This document shows, one piece after another, positions 56,241 to 64,000 of a DNA stretch of 64,000 bases (position 1 is its first letter; each line of letters starts with the position of its first letter). The stretch comes from a virus. The stretch lies in the IMG/VR virus record IMGVR_UViG_3300044846_003365, positions 15,719 to 79,718 of that record; one strand, given 5' to 3'. The notes beneath the pieces are model-generated. The model saw nothing but the letters and a program-made list of their open reading frames with translations. It was not told the origin of the DNA and made no database searches. The translations under genes were made by a program, and so were the position numbers.

Positions 56241-56361
56241 CTTTCCATTCTAGCACATTAATGTACAAAAGCAATAAATACTGGACTTTATTTTCGACTT
56301 GTATAATTGTTATTAGGGAATACCCTAAATTTTATTCGAACAGCATTAAGGAGACATTACT

Positions 56362-57036
56362 ATGTCAACATGGATTAGACCAGTAGATGGCGGCTCAATT
56401 TCTGACAGCTTCCAAGGACACGCAAATAGAACAAACCCACCCTCAAGAAACCCTGGAACAGATTACGCAGTACCAGCTGGAACACCTATCAAAGCAATCG
56501 CAGACGGAACCATTACTGGAATCGTCCCTACTTTTGCAGGGGCTGGTGGAAGAATGATTTACCAAAGCTTCGCATCAGGCCACAACGCCGATTACCTTCA
56601 TCTTTCACGTATTGACGTAGTTGCTGGTCAGCAAGTCAAGCAGGGTCAGATTATTGGACTAGTTGGTGGCTCAGGTTTCGGCAAAGAAAACGGCTATGGC
56701 GCACACCTTCACCTCTCATTCCGCGTAGGTGGTAAGCCAACAATGGCTGCTGGAAACCTTGACTACGAAGCTTTCCGTGGAGCACCTACAAGTGCTACAC
56801 CTGCAAAGCCAAGTGTTGCACCAGCTAAAGCTGGAACAAGAGCATACCCCGGAAGGTTCCTGAAACAAGGAGAGCCTGCCAGTGCAGATGTACTTTACTT
56901 ACAAAACAAGCTAGGAGTTAACCCTCCAGGTCCATTCGGCCCTAAGACTCACGCAGCTGTTGTTGCCTTTCAAGCTTCGAAAGGTCTTACCGCAGATGGA
57001 GTTGTTGGCCCTAAGACTTGGGCAGCACTGGGTTAA
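56362..57036 (+). CDS. M23 peptidase plus peptidoglycan-binding domain
   Basis: PGTDY..YLHL..HLHLS; FGPKTHAAVVAFQ..DGVVGPKTW. Confidence 0.85.
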   Translation: MSTWIRPVDGGSISDSFQGHANRTNPPSRNPGTDYAVPAGTPIKAIADGTITGIVPTFAGAGGRMIYQSFASGHNADYLHLSRIDVVAGQQVKQGQIIGLVGGSGFGKENGYGAHLHLSFRVGGKPTMAAGNLDYEAFRGAPTSATPAKPSVAPAKAGTRAYPGRFLKQGEPASADVLYLQNKLGVNPPGPFGPKTHAAVVAFQASKGLTADGVVGPKTWAALG

Positions 57037-57163
57037 TTAGAAGTATGTGTACTAACATTTATTTAAAAAATCAAGGGGGCTTGTCGAATACGACACTATT
57101 GTTTCCAAAGCAGGAAACAATTTATGAAAACAAGGAGAAATAAATGTTAAAAAGGAGAAACGT

Positions 57164-57928
57164 ATGACGTGGTATCCAAAAGTATCAGGAGTACAAGACA
57201 ACGGATTTGGTGGCTCTCGTAATGGTCAGCCAATCAATGGAGTAGTAATACACCACGTTGCAGGTACTAATGGATTATCTTATGTAGCTAACGCTAACAC
57301 TAGAGATTCACACCCTACGTACCACATCGCCAGAAGTGGGGCTGTGACTGGAATTGTTAATCCCAGTCGTAGACCCCACTCAACTGGTGGAGCCCCAGAC
57401 CCAAACGCTGTGTCGTTTGAAATAGATAACTCATCTGTTGGTGGAGATTGGCCTATCTCACCTGAATCACTCGAAGCTTTGATTGACGTGATTGTTTATC
57501 ACGCAAGTCAGTCGCCTAGAGCTGGTAAGGGATTTGCTAGAAATCAACCATCCGTTACACAGTCAGAGTTCTTTATTGCTTGGCACTCACAATACAAATC
57601 AACTGCTTGTCCTGGACCATTCATCATGTCCAAGCTTGATTACATAGTTGCTGAGTGTAACAAAAGAGCGTCTGGTGTTGCACCTTCCACACCAACCCCA
57701 ATTCCAACTCCAACTCAAGTATTTGGAACATCAAAGCCAAAACTATCTGGTTCTTTAAAAAGAGGCTCAACTGGAAACTTAGTTAAGTATCTTCAGTCAG
57801 TACTTAAGTTAAAAACTGATGGTCAGTTTGGTCCAATTACTGATAAAGCAGTTAGAGCTTTTCAAGCAAGAAACGGCTTAAAAGTTGATGGAATAGTCGG
57901 CCCAATAACTTGGGGAAGACTTCCGTAA
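57164..57928 (+). CDS. N-acetylmuramoyl-L-alanine amidase plus peptidoglycan-binding domain
   Basis: VVIHH..SFEI..WH..STACPG; DGIVGPITW. Confidence 0.85.
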   Translation: MTWYPKVSGVQDNGFGGSRNGQPINGVVIHHVAGTNGLSYVANANTRDSHPTYHIARSGAVTGIVNPSRRPHSTGGAPDPNAVSFEIDNSSVGGDWPISPESLEALIDVIVYHASQSPRAGKGFARNQPSVTQSEFFIAWHSQYKSTACPGPFIMSKLDYIVAECNKRASGVAPSTPTPIPTPTQVFGTSKPKLSGSLKRGSTGNLVKYLQSVLKLKTDGQFGPITDKAVRAFQARNGLKVDGIVGPITWGRLP

Positions 57929-57954
57929 CAAATAATCTTCCTATAAGGAATAGA

Positions 57955-58041
57955 GAAACCCCCCAGAAAGCAATAACTGGGGGGTTCTCTTTTTACTAGA
58001 GAAAGGAGTAATCCATGAACAGACAGTAACATATCCGCCAC
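57955..58041 (-). ncRNA. Candidate small RNA C (anti-SD/anti-AUG)
   Basis: TATGAT -10; start at GUGGC; terminator; paralog of B. Confidence 0.55.
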
Positions 58042-58058
58042 GCAATAATCATACACCC

Positions 58059-58562
58059 TTAATAGCCATAAACGCTACGAGCTATCCTTCTTTTTATTGT
58101 TGACAACTTAACCCCCTCCAACTCCGCCATAACGTGGGCTGGCTTGGCTACATAGCCAATTTGGTCTACCAAGAACAAATAATCTAAGGTGGACTGCTTA
58201 CCTACAGTAGGGAGGGTAGAAATGCCCCTATGAGCCTTAATGTGGGCTAACCCAACTTCTACCATGCTGTCTTTGTCTGGGCCTTTAGAGAGCCTTGAGG
58301 TTCCACCAACGTTCTTTAGAACGAATCCAAGCACCTCGTCAACCATAAACTCAGCTCTCCTTGAGACCTCAGCCTCACTATCGCCATGTATTGGAAGAGT
58401 CATACTACCTACTAAGGTAATAGTTGGTCGAAAGTTAGTACTTACTAACCATTCTGCACACCAACCGTCATCGCTTTTCTTAAGCTCAGCGGTCACTACG
58501 TGATTGTCCCTGACAAAAGTTAATACTTTTGTGCTTACGGATTTGTCTTTTCTAGTCTTCAT
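58059..58562 (-). CDS. Hypothetical protein with C-terminal HTH-like segment
   Basis: PAHVMAELEGVKLSTIKRRI. Confidence 0.55.
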   Translation of the reverse strand: MKTRKDKSVSTKVLTFVRDNHVVTAELKKSDDGWCAEWLVSTNFRPTITLVGSMTLPIHGDSEAEVSRRAEFMVDEVLGFVLKNVGGTSRLSKGPDKDSMVEVGLAHIKAHRGISTLPTVGKQSTLDYLFLVDQIGYVAKPAHVMAELEGVKLSTIKRRIARSVYGY

Positions 58563-58593
58563 TGGTAAAGGTTAACAAAAACTACTACCTAAG

Positions 58594-59475
58594 TCAAATT
58601 TCAGGTGCGTTTTTCTCTTCGACTTCTGTCTCTATGTACACAAATCCCCCACCCTCAGTCTTAACAAAATAGACTTTATCTGGTCTACTATACCAAACTA
58701 GGCCAAGTTTGTACATTTTCTTAAGGATGTCGAACTTTCCTCGCTCGTAATCCTCGTTAAAGTCTTCGTTAGTCAATCTTGACAATTTTGCCAGCGTGTC
58801 CGCTAATGTCTAGCACAAACAAACCCTCACCAGCGTAGTGTCCAATTCCAGATTCGGCTAGTTTTACTAGAACCTTCTTGCGACCATTGAGCGCACCCTG
58901 CTCTAGGGCTAGTTCTATTTCTCGCTCCAAGTACAGAATTTTCTCATCAGGCGTTAAAACCTCGTTGTTAATCCAGTGGATTCTCTGCTCTTCTTCACTC
59001 ATCTTCTTCGTCCGTCCAGCTTTCTGTAATTAGTACGTAAAACTTAATCTTCTCTGCTAGCTCATCTATTTCGCTAGTCAGTAACTCAGACCTAGCAAGT
59101 ATGTCGTCAAGCCTTGCCTCTATTCTATCAAGTTCTTCGCCAATTTCTCTACTATTTTTGTCCATTAAAGTCTCTCTTAATAATCTCTATCATTTCGTCA
59201 ATAACTACTAGAGCTACATAACCGTTAACTACGTCTTTGTAGTCTTCTCTAAGTAGGTATAAAACCCTTAAAGTTTCTCTCTTATGTAGTAGCTTACCAA
59301 AATCTATGTTTTCTGTCACTAAAGCCCTTGTATTGTCTGTAGATTCATCTCTAAAGAACGTCCAAGAAATCCAGTTCCATAGCTCTTTTTTACTAGAAAG
59401 AGCCTTTTTAACACGCTTTAAAGCTCTAACAATTCCCGTATCAGACAGGCTAAAGTTAAGCTTTATTTTTTTCAT
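58594..59475 (-). other. Run of small hypothetical ORFs (58594-58785, 58769-59002, 59152-59475)
   Basis: Overlapping co-oriented ORFs. Confidence 0.55.
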
Positions 59476-59792
59476 AAGTAATCTTCAAGTTCCTTAAGCA
59501 TCCCAGCTTTTGGCTTGGCACCTGTCCATTGGTGCACAGGCTCTCCATCTAAAAAGATTTTCATAGTTGGAATAGAGCTGACCTTATAGAACTCAGCTAG
59601 GGGAGATTCGGTGTCTACGTTGACTTTGACAATCTTAAGCTGACCTTCGTACTCTTCGGACATTTGGTCCAAGATTGGAGAAACCATCTTGCATGGTCCA
59701 CACCACTCGGCCCAAAAGTCAACTAGAACTACTCCACTTTGCTGTAGCACGTCTTCTTCAAAAGTTTCTACAGTTGCATTAACGATGTTCAT
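59472..59792 (-). CDS. trxA: Thioredoxin
   Basis: VLVDFWAEWCGPCK..SIPT. Confidence 0.95.
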   Translation of the reverse strand: MNIVNATVETFEEDVLQQSGVVLVDFWAEWCGPCKMVSPILDQMSEEYEGQLKIVKVNVDTESPLAEFYKVSSIPTMKIFLDGEPVHQWTGAKPKAGMLKELEDYL

Positions 59793-59906
59793 CGAACTTA
59801 TCCTTATTCATTTTTTTACGCTCATCTACGGCAATTATCAATCCAATAATAATTCCAGAGCCAATTACAAGTGCCATTGTTATAAAAAGTGTTTCAGCTA
59901 TTTGGT

Positions 59907-60462
59907 TCATTTCATAAACCTTTCTTCATCAACTTTACGTTTAGTTTGATTCCGTATGTCAATTATAACATCATCTATAAACCACTCAATGTAGCCATTC
60001 TTATACATGACTTTGTAGAACTTTTCCCACGTAAAGATGATACTAAGAATGCGCCTTCTTTCACGCATTACACCTCTTTTGTAGTACTTCTTCTTTAAGT
60101 ACTTAGCTTCCCTCCAAAACCTAGCACTCACTACTGACATTGCCAACAACACTGAAACCGTTGCAACAGCCAGTCCCATCACTTGATAAGAAAGCATTGC
60201 CTCATCAGGACTCATTTGCACTCTCCTCAATTAACTTAATTGTTCGAGAAGCGTCATACAAATTCTCGCTAGCATGATTTTTAATTACGTTTACGATTCG
60301 CTCTCGCTCACGCAGTGCACCTTCGTGCAAAACAATTTGCAATGCTAAAGATTGCTCTTCTGTCAAACCATCAACTCTAATTTCAGCGTAAGCTTTCTTT
60401 TCACCGTCTGCGGGGAAGTACTCAGTTTCTACCATTTCAGTGCCTTTCTTTGTATCCACCAT
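59907..60462 (-). other. Two small hypothetical ORFs (59907-60230, 60205-60462) with ERxRI motif
   Basis: Co-oriented overlapping ORFs. Confidence 0.55.
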
Positions 60463-60509
60463 ACCACTTCCTATTAAGTAGCCAAGTACTAACTTTGCTA
60501 TAATTAATC

Positions 60510-61124
60510 ATGGCCTCTAACACAACTTCAGAATACAAAATAGTTACAGATAGAATCATCTCCCCTGATGAAGATATCATAGTTACCCTGCCCGGAGCTA
60601 TGTATAAGGACTCTATAACGGAGCCAAATAGATACGCAACTATTTCAGATATTGGCGATGCTGGAGGAGTAACTAATGCTGTCCGTTGGTCCCCAACTTT
60701 CCAAGCAACTGGGATGACATTTACTGGTTCAGGAATCACTTACCCGACTTACAATTCTTACTATGTTAGGCACAGCCAGTTAGTTACTTTTAATATTGCT
60801 ATTGACATGACCACAGTTACCAACTTCGGTACAGGGCAATTTAAAGTAGACCTGCCTTTTGCCCCAATTCCAGCAGCAGCAAACCACTTTTCGGCTTGGG
60901 CTTGGGTAAACCCAGCCCTACCACCAGACGAATTAAATGGTCACATTCAGATGGTTGCAGACCATCTACCAAGTTCTCAAACTTTAGACATGCATTGGCT
61001 ACTATCTACAACAGCAAACCCAAAGCCAATCATCGAAACTCTTTTGATTCAGGGCAGTCCAGTGACATTTACTACTGCTAGCAAGATGTACGTCAACGGA
61101 ACTTACATAGCAGTAGCTAGTTAA
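60510..61124 (+). CDS. Tail-fibre/receptor-binding-like domain protein
   Basis: YYVRHSQLVTFNIAI..TNFGTGQFKVDLPF..YVNGTY beta-sandwich pattern; TATAAT just before the ATG. Confidence 0.55.
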   Translation: MASNTTSEYKIVTDRIISPDEDIIVTLPGAMYKDSITEPNRYATISDIGDAGGVTNAVRWSPTFQATGMTFTGSGITYPTYNSYYVRHSQLVTFNIAIDMTTVTNFGTGQFKVDLPFAPIPAAANHFSAWAWVNPALPPDELNGHIQMVADHLPSSQTLDMHWLLSTTANPKPIIETLLIQGSPVTFTTASKMYVNGTYIAVAS

Positions 61125-62007
61125 ACTTGTCCTTGTTTTTAATAAGCTCAATAGCCTCGTAAATACCATTAAAGAACAAAGCTATGCTTTCGTCTTTAGT
61201 TTCAGCTAACGGAGCCATAAAGTCTTCTAAAGTTTTAATAATCTCTTGGCGCTCTTTTTCCCTAGCCCTATAAGCTACCGACTTAAATAGCTCCTCAAGT
61301 TTTTTAGACTTATCTACTAAAGATTCGTCTTCCTTAAAGACGTTGACGGTTTTAGTTTTCTTGTAACTACCTGACTGACTCATTATTCCTCCCACTTAAA
61401 AAACGTTGATTTAGTTGTACTTTTAGGTTTTAGGCCCTTCAACAAAACAAAGTTATCTGGACTCTTCGAGCCACCACGCAAATAAGATTCCCCACCATCT
61501 AAGAAAATCTCCCCACACTTACAAGCCACATAGTCATGTCTGTGCTTAGATTCAATAACGTCTTCGCATAGCTTGCATTTAGCCTTAGTCACGTCTGTGT
61601 TTTCCCTTAGGCCTGATGTCTTCTGTATTGGCATCAAAGTCAACCCACTTGTTATGTACGCTTTCAAATTCACCGTCATCGCCAGTAATAAGCTCGTAAA
61701 CCGAATCCATAGTTAAGCTAAAGGTAGGTGCCATCGCTCCTCCCAAATACTCACCGTCTATGTCAGTAATCTCTGCGCTCCAATGAGATGGCTTATCGTC
61801 AATGAGATTTTTGCTTATTTTAATAGTCACAGTCTCAGAACTGTACTTAGGCTTATTACTCAATTTTCCTCCTCTAATTAGTTTAACTAGGGTGTCCCAA
61901 TCCATGTTGCCAAGGTTTTCATCAAGTATTTCAATGATGCGCTCTCGCTCTAGGTTTCTAGCTTCTTTAATACCTTTGAGCCATAACTTTTTCTTAGAAG
62001 ATTTCAC
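61117..62007 (-). other. Small ORFs 61117-61395, 61383-61592 (CxxC..HD..CxCG..DGG zinc finger) and 61585-62007
   Basis: Co-oriented with overlapping stops and starts. Confidence 0.6.
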
Positions 62008-62576
62008 TTTGTATTCTCACCTGGAACCCAAAGAACATCACCAACAGCCCTGTTCTCATAGCGTGCTAGTACAAATAGCAAGTCTGAAAGTCTATTTAGG
62101 TACGTCGCCGTTGGCTTGCTTACGCCCTCACCAAACTGGTGGATAGCGTTCCAAGTCAGTCTTTCAGCTCTACGGACAACAGTTCTTGCTACGTGCAAGT
62201 TGGCCGAAGAAGCAGTACCTGCTGGCAATACAAAAGACCTAAGCGGTTCCAGCTGTGCATTGTAGATGTCAATAAAGTTCTCCAAGTACGTTACTTGTTT
62301 TTCAGTAACTCTCAAAGGCTCTACTTTAGGGTTGTCAATTACTGGAGTACAAAGGTCAGCACCTACGTCGAACAGGTCGTTCTGTATCTGCTTAAGAAGA
62401 CCGTCTACAGTAACGTCTTGTACATGTAGACGAGCAATCCCAATAAACGAGTTAGCTTCATCTACAGTTGCGAAGGCTTCTAGCCTTGGGTCATTCTTTG
62501 ATGTGCGACTCATGTCTCCCAAAGAAGTAGTTCCGTCGTCGCCAGTCTTTGTATAGATTCTTGTTAGGTTTACCAT
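62004..62576 (-). CDS. pduO: ATP:cob(I)alamin adenosyltransferase, PduO type
   Basis: MVNLTRIYTKTGDDGTT..VDEANS..QNDLFDVGADL..FVLP..ARTVVRRAER..YLNRLSDLLF. Confidence 0.95.
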   Translation of the reverse strand: MVNLTRIYTKTGDDGTTSLGDMSRTSKNDPRLEAFATVDEANSFIGIARLHVQDVTVDGLLKQIQNDLFDVGADLCTPVIDNPKVEPLRVTEKQVTYLENFIDIYNAQLEPLRSFVLPAGTASSANLHVARTVVRRAERLTWNAIHQFGEGVSKPTATYLNRLSDLLFVLARYENRAVGDVLWVPGENTK

Positions 62577-62719
62577 TAGTGTCCCGTCATAGAGCGCCAA
62601 ATTTCAACTGCTATGTCATTAGCAATAAACAAAGCAACCACGTTGAAAGCTAGTTGCAAGTAAGGGTGGTAGCGCTCTAGCCAACCACCGCTAAGTTCTA
62701 CAGGTTTTTCTAAAAGCAT
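62576..62719 (-). CDS. 47-aa membrane peptide coupled to both neighbours
   Basis: Manual translation MLLEKPVELSGGWLERYHPYLQLAFNVVALFIANDIAVEIWRSMTGH; TGATG and TAATG overlaps. Confidence 0.65.
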   Translation of the reverse strand: MLLEKPVELSGGWLERYHPYLQLAFNVVALFIANDIAVEIWRSMTGH

Positions 62720-63180
62720 CAAGGGAACTTTACCTCTCCGTTGTCAGCAAACACTAGACCAATGGCGTCGCCCGGTCCCAAGTAAAGTTCGTTAAGTCCA
62801 ACCTGAGCCCAACCCCACTCACCAGTAATTCCAAATGGCATAGGAACTATTTGGTGCTCTTTCACAAGCACTGCCCAATAAGCCTCTGCTGGTGGCATAC
62901 TTTCACAGCTCTCAGCCGTTGCATCAGGCTTTCCATTCAACCTACACAAAACTGCATCTCCATACTCTAGAGTTCCTTCGGTAGTGTATCCAGCTTCCTT
63001 AAGGACGTCGATAGCACTCATTTCTCCGCTAGCAGGAATGCACTCACTTGTAAGGTAGCCCTGACCTAGAGCTCTAAAGTCTGTGTAAACCTCAATGCAG
63101 TCAGCATTTGAGTTGTGCCAAGTCACTCCAACGAGCCCTAAGGCTAGGACGGCAATTACAGGTATTGTTATGTTTTTCAT
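62719..63180 (-). CDS. Exported beta-grasp protein, DUF4430/transcobalamin-C-like (putative B12 binder)
   Basis: Signal/anchor; AIDVLKEAG..LCRLNGKP..YW..WGWAQVG..L.PGDAIGLVF. Confidence 0.6.
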   Translation of the reverse strand: MKNITIPVIAVLALGLVGVTWHNSNADCIEVYTDFRALGQGYLTSECIPASGEMSAIDVLKEAGYTTEGTLEYGDAVLCRLNGKPDATAESCESMPPAEAYWAVLVKEHQIVPMPFGITGEWGWAQVGLNELYLGPGDAIGLVFADNGEVKFP

Positions 63181-63236
63181 AATCTTCTTTCTGTTTTAGA
63201 AACACCAGTTTACAACTAGCTCAAAGCAAAAGCAAA

Positions 63237-63419
63237 TTACTTGGGATGCTTTTTGTTTACTATAACTCCAATAGCGTATTCTGCCCAAGCTTGGTCTTGC
63301 TCCCTAAGAAGCTTCATTATTTCAAGGCGCTCATCTGCTCTGCCTTTTTTGTATCTAAAGTCAAAGGTTCGCCGAATTCTTTTAGCCCAGCTTGGCTTTC
63401 CCATCACTACTGGTCCCAA
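63237..63419 (-). CDS. Small hypothetical protein
   Basis: GRADERLEI motif, similar to the ERxRI proteins nearby. Confidence 0.5.
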   Translation of the reverse strand: MGPVVMGKPSWAKRIRRTFDFRYKKGRADERLEIMKLLREQDQAWAEYAIGVIVNKKHPK

Positions 63420-63787
63420 AGTAGGTAAGCAAGAAGCTTAGGGTTATCTCTCATAACTAACAATAGGGACGTCTCCCAAATCCCAATAAAGTAATGCTCC
63501 CAAGCTTCAAACTCTTCTCCCTTTTTAGGCTTTACGCTATTGTCAAAAGACATTCTACAAGCGTGCATTATTTCATGTAGAAGCGTCACTTGCTTTTTGG
63601 AGAAGTGAATAGACGAATCTATAACAATAAGATTCTCTGTATCAAGGGTGTAGCCATAAGTAGAGTCATTTAGCATTCCGTCTTTGCTACGGCTACGCTC
63701 AATTACGTCGAAGACTTGCACCCCAATTTTAACCTGTGAAGGTAGGGCTGGCGAGTTAGTCGCTTTCGGAGACGAGCTCGTTGGCAT
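63407..63787 (-). CDS. HExxH metallopeptidase-like phage protein
   Basis: TLLHEIMHA..E. Confidence 0.65.
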   Translation of the reverse strand: MPTSSSPKATNSPALPSQVKIGVQVFDVIERSRSKDGMLNDSTYGYTLDTENLIVIDSSIHFSKKQVTLLHEIMHACRMSFDNSVKPKKGEEFEAWEHYFIGIWETSLLLVMRDNPKLLAYLLWDQ

Positions 63788-64000
63788 TGATGACCCTATC
63801 TATTTGGCCGTAAAGCTGTTCTACGGTCCCAGAGTTATCAATTCTACCATCAAAGGCATAGTCGTTCAAAGCTGTTTCTGAGGGGTGTCCGTTGGCTGGA
63901 CCCACTCCATCCCTGTTAATTCGGTAGATTTGACCCCCTAGAGCCTTAATAGAATCGGCTTCATTTGGATAACGGACGTCGGAAAAGACGACTTTTGCCC
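63756..64000 (-). CDS. Deoxynucleoside monophosphate kinase, C-terminal part (runs off window end)
   Basis: Manual translation: KVVFSDVRYPNEADSIKALGG..HPSETAL..IDNSGT. Confidence 0.8.
   Translation of the reverse strand, partial: AKVVFSDVRYPNEADSIKALGGQIYRINRDGVGPANGHPSETALNDYAFDGRIDNSGTVEQLYGQIDRVINANELVSESD

Noticed and set aside
63181-63240. Cobalamin riboswitch upstream of the B12 cassette
   Set aside because: Only about 55 nt of AT-rich intergenic DNA and no B12-box.
1-64000. tRNA, rRNA, integrase, transposase or prophage boundary
   Set aside because: None recognised by eye, and gene content is phage-like throughout. A tRNAscan-SE/Infernal run is needed to exclude RNA genes formally.

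Overview
The window is 64 kb of a large tailed dsDNA phage, most likely infecting Actinobacteria. Support: a mycobacteriophage cluster-B-like head module, a ClgR-like regulator, an actinobacterial-type PduO and leaderless genes. No integrase, tRNA, rRNA or CRISPR array was seen. Layout: (1) 1-22 kb, minus strand: major tail protein (partial), separate pentamer- and hexamer-type capsid proteins, a 1560-aa multidomain maturation protease, a 2772-aa polyvalent protein (kinase-like, GNAT-like and possibly SAM-lyase-like domains), Dps and portal. (2) 22-26 kb: an A-tract non-coding region, a phosphatase, TerL and two paralogous double-HTH genes. (3) 26.8-45.7 kb: an early/host-takeover region of small genes, each with its own promoter (HDAC, NlpC/P60, ClgR-like, MoxR-VWA). 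(4) 45.7-58 kb: lysis genes, a TerS candidate, Mom, a surface protein and several peptidoglycan hydrolases. (5) 58-64 kb: thioredoxin, a B12 cassette and a dNMP kinase. The most novel signals are non-coding. About 10 promoters match the actinobacterial PafBC/RecA-NDp DNA-damage architecture (TGTC(A/G)(G/T)-N10-TAnnnT). Several hairpin loops and small RNAs are antisense to translation-initiation regions, three with exact 9-12 nt matches to specific phage genes. An 11-copy bipartite motif AAGGGT-N11-CACGC and fixed-position GTTAT-N6-GTTAT boxes also recur. All family assignments come from motif recognition by eye; no searches were run.
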